A stretch of DNA of 64,000 nt from Nitrosopumilales archaeon. Its GTDB lineage: Archaea > Thermoproteota > Nitrososphaeria > Nitrososphaerales > Nitrososphaeraceae. How positions within the stretch are numbered: position 1 is the first letter of the stretch; each line of letters opens with the position of its first letter. The DNA lies in assembly GCA_044507735.1 (NCBI GenBank), contig JBIQJB010000004.1, forward strand, positions 33,083 through 97,082, written 5' to 3'. Of the stretch, positions 1 to 9,289 are shown one piece after another. The position numbers were made by a program, and so were the translations under genes. Under the pieces are notes generated by a model, which was not told the origin of the DNA, did no database searches, and was given only the letters and a program-made list of their open reading frames with translations.

Positions 1-24
1 CGATGGTTCGATAGGTGCACTTGC

Positions 25-426
25 TTGGTATTTAGGAAAGTCGGCGCCGTCATATTGCTTGTTTCAAACATGGAGAAATCCATCAAGTTCTACAAAGACA
101 CGCTAGGGCTTCCGGTAAAGACGAAGTCAAAGGATTGGACAGAATTTTTCAACAAAGATACAGTGCTTGCGCTTCATCCAGCAAAGAAAAAGGGCAAGAT
201 AAAGGCAGGCTCTGGAATGCTCATAGGGTTTGAGGTAAGCGACCTAGACGCAACCGTAAAGTCGTTGAAGGCGAAAAGGGTCAAATTCTTCAAGAAGCCT
301 AAAGAGGAACCATTTGGCAAGCATGCGATAATACAAGACCCAGACGGCCATCTGGTCTCAATAGCTGAGATCAGGGAAAAATCGGCAGAGGGATTTGACC
401 TACTTGGATTGATTGGCGCCGAATAG
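25..426 (+). CDS. VOC/glyoxalase-bleomycin resistance family protein
   Basis: Pattern 'VILLVSNMEKSIKFYKDTLG...IGFEVSDLD...EPFGKHAIIQDPDGHLVSI' typical of the VOC fold; TTG start. Confidence 0.85.
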   Translation: MVFRKVGAVILLVSNMEKSIKFYKDTLGLPVKTKSKDWTEFFNKDTVLALHPAKKKGKIKAGSGMLIGFEVSDLDATVKSLKAKRVKFFKKPKEEPFGKHAIIQDPDGHLVSIAEIREKSAEGFDLLGLIGAE

Positions 427-436
427 ACATTCGATC

Positions 437-1456
437 CTACCTTGTTGCAATCACTAGATAGACAGAGCCGCCAAGGTGTTCAAACCGGATCTTGTTGAAT
501 TTCCGAAGCAACAGTTTTTTCATTTCTCTCTTTGTCATGAAGCTATGACCCTGAAGCGCGAAATCTAGCTGCATCCCCACTATCAGGCGGTCGGTGCTTT
601 TTCTCAATTTATTACTATTGCTTGATTCGGGTAGCAGGCCCTCCACTATGGCGATAGTGCCTCCTGGCTTCAATGCTCTCCAACAGTTTGAAACCACTCT
701 TTGCTTGTCTTTTGTAGCGTATAATGACTCGCCAAGGTAGATAATGTCAAACTCTTTTTCAAACTTCATCGACTCTCCCTCTGCCTTTATTATTCTGATA
801 GGCGCAACTTTCTTTCGCGCGATCGCGACAGCCTTTTCTGACGGATCGATTCCGGTAAAACTAGATTTTGGATATACCTCTTTCATCTTGGCGAGCATGC
901 TGGCCGTGCCGCAGCCGACATCAAGCACCTTGCAGCCATGTTTTAGCAGCCTATGTAACCTCTGGTCACGTCTGACTGCTGCAAGAAAGGCATAATGGTC
1001 CCAATCGGTCGCTTGTTCTATGGCTCGCAGGCTTGTCGTTGATGATGACATTTCAAGCGGCTTTCCAAACTTGAAGAGGTCTGTCAAATGACCATAATCC
1101 AAACTCCTCAGGGCAAGGTACGAGAACTGACCTCCAAGATAGTAGGGATTCTTTCTGTCCAGAAGAAGCGCCTTCACTCCGGGCCTCAAGTAGAGTTTGC
1201 CATCATTTTTTTCACCTACAAGCCCGTATGAGACAGCCGCAGAGCACCATGCTTGAACCGCAGGAGGATGCAGACCTGTTGCCAAAGCCAACTGTCTTGA
1301 AGACACAGGGACAGAAGCTAGCTTTTCAAGCAGACCCATTTCTCGCCCGACATGAATTGTCCATACCCCATAAAATCCAACAGAGTATCTCCACAATCTC
1401 GCAAATTCTGTAGGGCGTGCCTTCTTCAAATACGACGGCAGTTCGCATTGTGTCAT
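437..1456 (-). CDS. Class I SAM-dependent methyltransferase with N-terminal winged helix
   Basis: SAM motif I 'VLDVGCGTA', 'FTGIDPS', 'LKPGGTIAI'; N-terminal 'SSRQLALATGLHPPAVQAWCSAAVSYGLV' wHTH. Confidence 0.85.
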   Translation of the reverse strand: MTQCELPSYLKKARPTEFARLWRYSVGFYGVWTIHVGREMGLLEKLASVPVSSRQLALATGLHPPAVQAWCSAAVSYGLVGEKNDGKLYLRPGVKALLLDRKNPYYLGGQFSYLALRSLDYGHLTDLFKFGKPLEMSSSTTSLRAIEQATDWDHYAFLAAVRRDQRLHRLLKHGCKVLDVGCGTASMLAKMKEVYPKSSFTGIDPSEKAVAIARKKVAPIRIIKAEGESMKFEKEFDIIYLGESLYATKDKQRVVSNCWRALKPGGTIAIVEGLLPESSNSNKLRKSTDRLIVGMQLDFALQGHSFMTKREMKKLLLRKFNKIRFEHLGGSVYLVIATR

Positions 1457-1463
1457 TCTTAAA

Positions 1464-2948
1464 TCATTGCATCGGAACTTTCTTTCCCGGATTCATAGTA
1501 AAGTGAGGGTCAAACAGCCTCTTGACATCAGTAAAAAGACGAGTCAACTCCTTGCCGTACAACGTTTCGATATGGTTTATTCGTGCAAGTCCATCGCCGT
1601 GTTCGCCCGAGATTGTCCCTCCTGCCTTAATCACATGAGCAAACACGCTCGCAGCAATATTTTCCATCAATTCAACCTGCGACTTTGAACTGATGTCAAT
1701 AATTGGCCTAGTGTGCAGGTTGCCATTTCCTACATGACCAAACATCACGTAATCTAGTTTGTTGTCCCGATATGTTTGCAGCAGGCTTGATGCATGTTCG
1801 GCAAGAAATGCAGGACTAACCACGGTGTCTTCTATGAGTCCTACCGGTTTTCTGCTTCCCACGGTAATCTTCATGGTATTGTTAAGCGCTGCCTTTCTTG
1901 CCTGCCATATCCGTGATATACTCTGTTCATCAGAAGCATATTCAATTACAGAGCACCTTCCTGCTAACGCCTTCCTGCAATGTGACATTTGTTCTTCATC
2001 TACATGCTGGCTGCTATCGCTTGCAAATTCTACAAACAACAGACAGCCGCCGCCTGTATCCTCTGCAATAGACGTCTCGCCGCTTTGAGAAACTATTGTA
2101 TGATCCAGCATCTCAAGGGCAGTTGGCGAGAACTTTAGAATCAAAGTCACCGCAGAAATTGCTTCAACAAGATCTTCGAATCCAAGAACCAGAATCGACC
2201 TATGCACCGGGATGTCAAGGATGCGCATTCTGGCTGAAGTAACCATTCCAAGAGTGCCCTCAGAAGCCGCAAAGACCTTGTGCGGTTGAAACTTGTTCCC
2301 GGCGATTACTGCATCAAGCCGGTATCCGCAAGAGTTCTTGCTCACCTTTGGATAACCCTTTCTTATTGTATCTGCAAAGGGTTTCAATAACTGGTGCAGT
2401 CTTTCCATGCGATCGTCAAATCTGTCGGCGCTCGCAAATCCAATGCTACCGTCCGCATATACGACGTTCACCTGCTCGAGAAAGTCTATGGTGTTTCCAT
2501 ATGCCAGGCAATGGATGCCACTAGAGTTGTTGGCTATCATGCCGCCTATCGTGCAATAGTTGCTGCTAGCAGGATCAGGGGGGAGAAACTTGTTTTTCTT
2601 TCTCAGTTCCTTGTCCAGTACCGCCTTGACTATTCCAGGTTGTATGACGACATAATCGTCTCCGATTTCCAATATGCGATCCATATGCCTTGTGAAATCA
2701 ACGACAATACCGCTGTCTGAAAGAGACTGGCCCAGCAGGCCGGTGCCCGCACCTCTTGCAGTTACAGGAATCTTTTTCGCCAAGCCATATTGGCAGATCT
2801 GGGAGACATCACTGTCGTCTGCAGGGTAAGCGACCGCTGCAGGAGTGATCTCGTAGTGGCTCGCGTCGACAGAATATATCCGTCTGCTCCATTCATCGTC
2901 ATGCACCTCGCCTTTTGCAATACGGATCAGTTCTTCAGCTATGCGCAT
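1464..2948 (-). CDS. FAD-binding oxidoreductase (GlcD/D-lactate dehydrogenase, VAO family)
   Basis: 'ARGAGTGLLG', 'PPDPASSNYCTIGGMIANNSSG', 'SEGTLG', 'GHVGNGNLH', 'ISGEHGDG', 'MNPGK'. Confidence 0.9.
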   Translation of the reverse strand: MRIAEELIRIAKGEVHDDEWSRRIYSVDASHYEITPAAVAYPADDSDVSQICQYGLAKKIPVTARGAGTGLLGQSLSDSGIVVDFTRHMDRILEIGDDYVVIQPGIVKAVLDKELRKKNKFLPPDPASSNYCTIGGMIANNSSGIHCLAYGNTIDFLEQVNVVYADGSIGFASADRFDDRMERLHQLLKPFADTIRKGYPKVSKNSCGYRLDAVIAGNKFQPHKVFAASEGTLGMVTSARMRILDIPVHRSILVLGFEDLVEAISAVTLILKFSPTALEMLDHTIVSQSGETSIAEDTGGGCLLFVEFASDSSQHVDEEQMSHCRKALAGRCSVIEYASDEQSISRIWQARKAALNNTMKITVGSRKPVGLIEDTVVSPAFLAEHASSLLQTYRDNKLDYVMFGHVGNGNLHTRPIIDISSKSQVELMENIAASVFAHVIKAGGTISGEHGDGLARINHIETLYGKELTRLFTDVKRLFDPHFTMNPGKKVPMQ

Positions 2949-2990
2949 CGCAGTTGGAAATGATTACCCAAATATAACAAATTTGCCTAC

Positions 2991-3009
2991 AACTACAAGA
3001 TTTGTAGTT
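2991..3009. promoter_or_regulatory. Perfect 8-3-8 inverted repeat AACTACAA-gat-TTGTAGTT, candidate operator
   Basis: Read directly; lies between the divergent oxidoreductase and zinc-finger genes. Confidence 0.5.
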
Positions 3010-3076
3010 AAGATTCGGTTTTTTTTACTATTAAACAGCATAGCCATTATATTATAGTATAATTCACCTAGAGTGG

Positions 3077-3316
3077 ATGGCTCAGACTGACGTTCAAAAG
3101 TGCCCAGTCTGTTCTGGCAAGGGCACAATAGAAATCACAGATTCTGATTGTCCTTTTTGCAACGGGACCGGCGAATCCACAAAGGCGGCCGAGAGCTACA
3201 TGAAATCCCATATCTGCCAATGTGTCTTCCTGGATAGAAAGAATTGTCCTCTTTGCGGGAAGAAATGCCACCATAATACTCCTAACAGGCCGAGAATCTT
3301 GATCGCTCCTATGTGA
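3077..3316 (+). CDS. Small Cys-rich zinc-binding protein (two DnaJ-type CxxCxGxG motifs plus CxC/CxxC/CHH)
   Basis: CPVCSGKG, CPFCNGTG, CQC, CPLC, CHH; ATG start with AT-rich TATA-like sequence upstream. Confidence 0.75.
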   Translation: MAQTDVQKCPVCSGKGTIEITDSDCPFCNGTGESTKAAESYMKSHICQCVFLDRKNCPLCGKKCHHNTPNRPRILIAPM

Positions 3317-3510
3317 AAAGTTTAATAGCGATCCCCTCTTATTTTGAAACGTTGACGACAATAGCCCAAGCTGACGAAAATACTACTGCGGCATGTATTT
3401 TTTGCAATTCCAAGATCCCTTATGGTCAGAGCTTGTGCCCGGAGTGTATGAAAAAGTACAACATCAGACCATTTGACATGGGCAATGACGGCTGTGGATG
3501 TGACAAGTAA
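3313..3510 (+). CDS. Small Cys-rich zinc-ribbon protein
   Basis: CIFC-x9-LCPEC and C-terminal GCGCD; start uncertain (GTG 3313 or TTG 3352). Confidence 0.6.
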   Translation: MKSLIAIPSYFETLTTIAQADENTTAACIFCNSKIPYGQSLCPECMKKYNIRPFDMGNDGCGCDK

Positions 3511-4215
3511 AGAGAAAAGAATCAGGGGTCAGAGATTGGTATACATAATCATCCGCTAGATCATACAGCCACCACATCTTCATCCCCCATTCAATAATTC
3601 ATCCGATTCTATGCATTAAACGTTAGGATTATTGACAGCAACGCCCCACTTTGATTCAGTTCCTTCGCAAAGGATACATGACGCGGGAGCCTTCAAGAAT
3701 TCCGTTTTATCAGTGCGTGACTGGTCCTAAATGCTTGGAGCCATGCCGTGTTCAGTCTCCTCCAAGTAGGGCTCCTTTTTCGAGCAGGGTCTTTCTCAGG
3801 ACACAGGAGTACAGGATGGAGGGCAAGGTGTGTGTTGTTCTCTGGATGAAGGATCAGGGCCTCAGACTCGAACCCCCTCCCTTGTGTAGATTCCCCAAGA
3901 CCTCACCATTCCCGGTTAGCCATCTCCTGATAGAATTCTCAGATTGCTTCAGAGACATGTTGGAATGTGACTAGGATGTCCCCCTTTGCAATTACAGTTG
4001 AAGACGCATGAACAGGCGGAGCTATTACACTAATTCAGGACTGGGATCAGACTTGCGTTCAAGATTCGTCTTCTAGGAAATCCAAAACGAGAGAAAGACA
4101 TGGACTCAACAGACAATTTTTTTCTGGCAGCGCTCTGACAATCCTCTATATCAATATCCTTTGAAGTTGCTATTTTTACTTGCTCGAAATGCGCTTCTTG
4201 TTGATCCTGTTAATA

Positions 4216-4755
4216 CTATCTTTTTCCTTTTTCTTCTGTTACCAAACCAACTAAATCGGGGAAAATTTCTTCGATCAATTGCTTGGCTTGCTTTTGCTTT
4301 GTGGCAGTTATCTCAACGATCACAAGCCCTTCAAGTGGTTGGCCATACAAAACAACAGAGCCGACCGGAGACATGGCGAAAAGCGGAAGAGCAAGAAGGT
4401 CTTCTTCACCATCTATGAGCACCCGGACAGGAGGATTCATTTTTAATGCATCTTGAAGAACGCCTATCGATTCTTTTGAAATCTCACCAGCTGCATTTGT
4501 GCAACGGAGTTCTTTTGCAGCATATGCGTTTGGAGAGGAATTTCGCTTTGACCTGCGTTCTCTCCCATCAATCACAGCAATATCGGGTGCCATGCCGAAA
4601 CTGACGAGTCGCTCGGTAGTCGCGTCACCCACTGTGACGACACTCTTGGCATCCTTGAGCATGGATGCTACCTTTTGTCTCGTTACTTGGGTGTCTGGAA
4701 TCAGAACGCCAAAGGGTTTTTTTAAGATCTGAATATCTTTTTCAGTTAAAGGCAT
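4216..4755 (-). CDS. DUF359 family, GTP-dependent dephospho-CoA kinase
   Basis: 'LKKPFG', 'VTVGDATT', 'AVIDGRERR', 'IDGEEDLLALP', 'VLYGQPLEG'. Confidence 0.88.
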   Translation of the reverse strand: MPLTEKDIQILKKPFGVLIPDTQVTRQKVASMLKDAKSVVTVGDATTERLVSFGMAPDIAVIDGRERRSKRNSSPNAYAAKELRCTNAAGEISKESIGVLQDALKMNPPVRVLIDGEEDLLALPLFAMSPVGSVVLYGQPLEGLVIVEITATKQKQAKQLIEEIFPDLVGLVTEEKGKR

Positions 4756-5873
4756 TATTCCTTTTTGGCCTGCTCACTCACTGACGCTGCCGCTGCCTGT
4801 TCTTCCTTTTCTGCTTGCTCTTGCGCCTGCATCTCGGCTGCAATGATGCTTATTCTGCCGGCGATCACCTTTGCAGCCTTTGTAAAGGCATGGGATTGAA
4901 CTGAATCAGGTTCTGACACCACCGTGGGCTTGCCTACGTCACTACCTTCACGAATTTGCGGGTGGAGCGGTATTTCGCCAATGAAGGGAATATTGAACTC
5001 GTCGCTTATCTTCTTACCCCCTCCCTTTCCAAAAAGATAGATCTGCTCGCTACAGTGTGGGCATTGGAGATAACTCATATTCTCGACAACGCCGATTATT
5101 GGAACGTTAAGCTTGTTGAACATGCCTACGGCCTTCACGGCCACGTTCATTGCAACATCCTGAGGGGTTGTTACAATCAATATACCAGTAATTGGAATCG
5201 TCTGAGCGATGGTGAGCGGTGCATCGCCGGTCCCTGGAGGAAGGTCAATAATCAGATAGTCAAGCTCGCCCCAATTGACATCAGTCAAGAATTGCTTTAC
5301 GATGCCCGAAACGATAGGACCTCTGTAAATACCAGCCTGCTGTGACTGCTCGTAGAAAAAGCCCATGGATATTACCTTGACGCCTTCTGCGACAGGAGGC
5401 TGGATCTTGTTGTTAACCACTTCAGGAGATGCTTTTAGCCCAAGCATTAAAGGAACGCTCGGTCCGTAAATATCAGCGTCAAGCAAGCCCACCTTGGCGC
5501 CAGTCCTTGCTAGTGCAAGCGCGAGATTAACCGAGACGGTCGTCTTGCCCACTCCTCCCTTGCCGCTTGCAACTGCTATGATATTCTTGACGCCAGGCAA
5601 GAGCTCATCCATTGAGAGTGCTCTTCCCTCCATTACACGTGCGGTAACCTTGAGCGCAAGATCCTTAACACCAAGGCCGGCCATTGCAGACCGGACATCC
5701 CGCTCAATATCGCTATTGAACGGACAAGCAGGAGTTGTGAGCTCCAGAGTAAATGCCACTTTACCATCATTTATGGTCAAGTCCTTTATCATTCCCATTG
5801 ACACAATGTCCTTGTGCAGCTCCGGATCCACTACTTTTTTCAGCGAGCTGAGAACTTGATCAACGGTTACCAT
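4755..5873 (-). CDS. apbC: Mrp/ApbC/NBP35 Fe-S cluster carrier ATPase with N-terminal DUF59
   Basis: 'VVDPELHKDIVSMGMI...TTPACP', deviant Walker A 'SGKGGVGKTT', 'DADIYGPS', 'DLPPGTGD', 'ENMSYLQCPHC'; start placed at ATG 5873. Confidence 0.93.
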   Translation of the reverse strand: MVTVDQVLSSLKKVVDPELHKDIVSMGMIKDLTINDGKVAFTLELTTPACPFNSDIERDVRSAMAGLGVKDLALKVTARVMEGRALSMDELLPGVKNIIAVASGKGGVGKTTVSVNLALALARTGAKVGLLDADIYGPSVPLMLGLKASPEVVNNKIQPPVAEGVKVISMGFFYEQSQQAGIYRGPIVSGIVKQFLTDVNWGELDYLIIDLPPGTGDAPLTIAQTIPITGILIVTTPQDVAMNVAVKAVGMFNKLNVPIIGVVENMSYLQCPHCSEQIYLFGKGGGKKISDEFNIPFIGEIPLHPQIREGSDVGKPTVVSEPDSVQSHAFTKAAKVIAGRISIIAAEMQAQEQAEKEEQAAAASVSEQAKKE

Positions 5874-5929
5874 TGAGAAAAAATTTACCCCCACCGTATT
5901 TAAATCATCGTATTATTGAACAAGAAAGG

Positions 5930-6847
5930 TTAGGCGGGGAAGATTTTTCTCACGTCTTGGAATCTTTTCCGCAATGTCACTATGCTTATATCTCCGGCAA
6001 CTGCGACCTGCGCCTGGCTCACATTCTCATCTCCTCGGAGACAGGCAGCATATAGTACTGCAACCGCAAGAGCGTTTGGATCCTTCCCATGTGATATGGG
6101 GTCGCTCTTTATTTTTGACAGCATTTCAAGTGCAGTCCTGTAGGTCTTTTCACCCACCTTGGCCTTATTCGCAATCCTGGCCAGATACTTGTTTGAATCG
6201 ATTACAGGCAGCTGGAGTTCCAAATTTTGCACTAGCAGTCGATAGCATTTGCCTGCAAATATTGCGTCAGTATTAGCAGCCACAGATATTTCTTCAAGCG
6301 TGCGCGGCACTGATAGATCACGGCACGCCGCATAAACCGCAGCAACTATCAGCGCGCGTATTGATCTCCCCTTGATTATCTTTTTGTCCAGCGCCTTTCT
6401 GTAATTATATGCAGCCTTTTCAATGAGAGTATCGCTCAATGACAGCTTGTCCTTTATTGTGCTCAATATAGCAAACGCGTTCTTAAGGTTTCGATGATAG
6501 CTGCGGTTGTTACTTGAGATCTTGTTCCATCGGCGCATCCTCTGCACTTTGCTCCTCTGGTCTGCGCTGATAGCGACACCGTTTGCGTCTACATTAGAAT
6601 ATGATATGAATGTCGAGAGTCCCATGTCGTGAAAGGCGAGTGAAGAGGGCATTCCTGTCCTACTCTTACTTTCAATGTCTTCGCCAGAGTATGACCTCCA
6701 TTCTGGCCCCATCGATTCGATGTTGTCGCGGACTACCATTCCGCACGAAGAACAGATGGCTTCGCTCGTCTCTGAGTCAAAAATTATCGAAGTACTATCG
6801 CAAAGTTCGCATTTGTCCGTCTGTTCTGAGGCAACTTTATAGCTCAT
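5930..6847 (-). CDS. tfb: Transcription initiation factor IIB (TFB paralog)
   Basis: Zn ribbon CELC...CSSCG, 'GPEWRSY', 'SRTGMP', 'HDMGLST', 'KGRSIRALIVAAVYAACR', 'VTLRKRF'. Confidence 0.95.
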   Translation of the reverse strand: MSYKVASEQTDKCELCDSTSIIFDSETSEAICSSCGMVVRDNIESMGPEWRSYSGEDIESKSRTGMPSSLAFHDMGLSTFISYSNVDANGVAISADQRSKVQRMRRWNKISSNNRSYHRNLKNAFAILSTIKDKLSLSDTLIEKAAYNYRKALDKKIIKGRSIRALIVAAVYAACRDLSVPRTLEEISVAANTDAIFAGKCYRLLVQNLELQLPVIDSNKYLARIANKAKVGEKTYRTALEMLSKIKSDPISHGKDPNALAVAVLYAACLRGDENVSQAQVAVAGDISIVTLRKRFQDVRKIFPA

Positions 6848-6885
6848 ATTATGAGGGCAAATGACGGGACTTCATTTAAGACCCA

Positions 6886-6952
6886 TGTCTACATCGTAAG
6901 CTTTAGTGTTACACTGTACTGCAAGTTGCTACATAAGAGTGTAGTATAACAC
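6886..6952. promoter_or_regulatory. Cluster of TACA/TGTA-type inverted repeats in the tfb divergent promoter
   Basis: ATGT-ct-ACAT (6886-6895), AGTGT-t-ACACT (6905-6915), CTACA-N6-TGTAG (6929-6944). Confidence 0.4.
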
Positions 6953-6993
6953 AGCGCCGTGCTCCTTAAACGTGATAAGCCTGTCAGAGTAAC

Positions 6994-7545
6994 GTGCCAG
7001 TGCTAGAAGATGCGCGGACCTCGATCACGCGCTCGTTTAGGTTCGAGAATGATGTTCTGAGAGTGCTTGACGAGGAAGCAGAAAGGATGGGGATTTCAGT
7101 GAATGCGCTGGTCGGAATCGTGCTTCGCAGGTATGCCGAGTTCACTCGATACCTGTCAAAGATAGACATGGTTGTCGTAAACCGCGAAGTGCTGACTAAT
7201 CTTATGGAGGAACTAGACGAGGATCATCTATATGAAATTGGATCCAAGCTAGGGGAGACGGTGTTGGCGGACACAGTCATGTTCTGGCAGAAAGAGATGA
7301 CCGAAAGCACTGTGTTAGAATACATCGAAAAGGTGATCTGTAGGTATGGCCATATGGGAACATATGACGAGAAACAGATGCCCGGTGGCAGCATGGTAAT
7401 GGTTATCCGACACAGGCTGGGTAAGAAGGGGTCGCGGTTTTTGGAAGGCTATTTGCGTTCAGGGTTAAAAAGCACCCTCAATATCAGCGCCTCGTTCGAG
7501 TCTACGGATTCATCGGTCAAGTGCGAGCTCCCTCCCAGGAGATGA
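6994..7545 (+). CDS. Putative ribbon-helix-helix regulator with C-terminal effector (V4R-like) domain
   Basis: N-terminus 'SITRSFRFENDVLRVLDEEAERMGISVNALVGIVLRRY' has a beta-alpha-alpha RHH pattern; C-terminal 'VIRHRLGKKGSRFL' resembles a thaumarchaeal expanded family. Confidence 0.65.
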   Translation: MPVLEDARTSITRSFRFENDVLRVLDEEAERMGISVNALVGIVLRRYAEFTRYLSKIDMVVVNREVLTNLMEELDEDHLYEIGSKLGETVLADTVMFWQKEMTESTVLEYIEKVICRYGHMGTYDEKQMPGGSMVMVIRHRLGKKGSRFLEGYLRSGLKSTLNISASFESTDSSVKCELPPRR

Positions 7546-7602
7546 AAGACCCCTTATAAAGCAAAAGTTCATAATGACCTCCCGATCAACTGTGCATGTA
7601 TT

Positions 7603-8238
7603 ATGTTTGCCATAGTGCACATGAGCGATGTCGTCAGGATTCCTCCGAACAGGCTGACTCACTCACTCAATAATGCGGCCATTCAGATACTCAAGGAGAA
7701 ATATGAAAGCATGATCAGCCCCGAGGTTGGCTATGTCATCATGATAACCGACGCTGACACCAGCTCTGTAGGTAAGTTGGTGGCAGGCGACGGCGCGACT
7801 TACCATAAGGTGACATTCAAGGCGCTCACATTCTATCCCAAGCTCCAAGAAATAGTCGAAGGCGAGGTGGTTGAGATTACCGACTTTGGAGCATTTGTGA
7901 GAATAGGACCTACAGACGCGCTTTTGCACCTTTCGCAGATTACTGACGACTACCTAAAGAGCGACGTCAAGCAGGGAGTTATTGTCGCCAATCAGACCGC
8001 AAGATCTCTGAAGATAGGATCAAAGCTCCGTGCAAGGATAACTGCAGTGAGCCTTGGGAAGGGTGCAGGCATGGGCAAGATAGGAATTACTTGCAGGCAA
8101 CCGTTCCTTGGGGCAGTGGAATGGATCGCAGAAGAGATCAAGAGGGCGCAAGGCGGCGGTGAAAAGGACAAACAGGGAGGAGGGGCAGCAGAGAAAGGCT
8201 CAGCTCCAAAGGAAAAGAAAGGAGGAGACAAGAAGTAG
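7603..8238 (+). CDS. rpoE1: DNA-directed RNA polymerase subunit E' (Rpo7)
   Basis: 'DVVRIPP', 'GDGATYH', S1 domain 'EGEVVEITDFGAFVRIGPTDALLHLSQITDD', 'RQPFLG'. Confidence 0.96.
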   Translation: MFAIVHMSDVVRIPPNRLTHSLNNAAIQILKEKYESMISPEVGYVIMITDADTSSVGKLVAGDGATYHKVTFKALTFYPKLQEIVEGEVVEITDFGAFVRIGPTDALLHLSQITDDYLKSDVKQGVIVANQTARSLKIGSKLRARITAVSLGKGAGMGKIGITCRQPFLGAVEWIAEEIKRAQGGGEKDKQGGGAAEKGSAPKEKKGGDKK

Positions 8239-8427
8239 TTGGCCAAAGAAAAGGCTTGCAGAAAGTGCAAGACAGTAACCACCGGCAAAGTCTGCCCAAA
8301 TTGCAAGTCGACAGATCTTAGCCCGGACTGGTCAGGCATCATATTGATCTTCGATCCAGCCAAGTCGCAGGTTGCCAAGACGCTTGACATTACCACGCCC
8401 AACAAGTACGCATTGAAGGTTTCTTAG
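8239..8427 (+). CDS. spt4: Transcription elongation factor Spt4 (RpoE'')
   Basis: 'KACRKCK...CPNCKSTDLSPDWSG...KYALKV'; directly follows rpoE1. Confidence 0.95.
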   Translation: MAKEKACRKCKTVTTGKVCPNCKSTDLSPDWSGIILIFDPAKSQVAKTLDITTPNKYALKVS

Positions 8428-8428
8428 A

Positions 8429-9289
8429 TTGGAACAGCAGGATCTGCAAACATTTCTCAACATCAGGGAAATGCTTGCAAACTTTCTGCAAGAAGACGTT
8501 GGTACGGGTGACATAACCAGCAACAACATCATCCCGGCAGACCTCGAGGCCAAGGCAGAGATTATCTGCAAAGCTAGATCTGCCGTCGTTTGCGGCTTGG
8601 AAGAGGCTGCAATTCTCTTTGATATGTGCGGCTGCACCACCAGAGTTTTGCTCAGAGATGGTGCCAGAATCAAAAAGGGCAAGGTCGTGATGAAAATTTC
8701 AGGCAAGGCCAGAGACATCTTAAAGGCAGAAAGGGTGGCGCTCAACATGATCATGAGAATGAGCGGAATAGCTACAGAAACAAGACGGATGGCAGATCTT
8801 GCCAGAGGTGTAACAATATTGGCAACGCGCAAGACAGCTCCCGGTCTGCGTTATTTTGATAAAAAGGCAGTTGTTGCAGGAGGTGGCGGTGCTCACAGGA
8901 TGCGGCTTGATGATATGATATTGATAAAAGACAACCACATTGCACTTATGGATGAAGATTCGACGAAATGTGTCAGGCTTGCCAAACAGAAAAGCGGTGT
9001 GTCAATCAAGGTCGAGTGCGAAGCGAGAAACTTGAAAGAGGCGCTTGCAGCCATTTCTGCAGGGGCGGACATCATTATGCTTGACAACTTTACTCCGCTG
9101 CAAGCCTCCAAGGCGATAAAGCAGATAACAAGGATGGGTCTGCGCAAGAAAGTAAAAATAGAAATTTCGGGGGGCGTCAACACAAGAAACATCAGACAAT
9201 ATGCACGGGCCAAACCGGATTTTATTTCCCTTGGGTATATCACACACTCGCCAAGAGCAGTGGACTTTAGCCTAGAGATTACGAAATAG
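8429..9289 (+). CDS. nadC: Quinolinate phosphoribosyltransferase
   Basis: 'EDVGTGDITS', 'ERVALN', 'ATRKTAPGLR', 'LIKDNH', 'DIIMLDNF', 'EISGGV'. Confidence 0.96.
   Translation: MEQQDLQTFLNIREMLANFLQEDVGTGDITSNNIIPADLEAKAEIICKARSAVVCGLEEAAILFDMCGCTTRVLLRDGARIKKGKVVMKISGKARDILKAERVALNMIMRMSGIATETRRMADLARGVTILATRKTAPGLRYFDKKAVVAGGGGAHRMRLDDMILIKDNHIALMDEDSTKCVRLAKQKSGVSIKVECEARNLKEALAAISAGADIIMLDNFTPLQASKAIKQITRMGLRKKVKIEISGGVNTRNIRQYARAKPDFISLGYITHSPRAVDFSLEITK

Noticed and set aside
3651-3974. 107-aa ORF in the long intergenic gap
   Set aside because: TTG start, no recognisable motif, Pro/Arg/Cys-rich random-looking composition.
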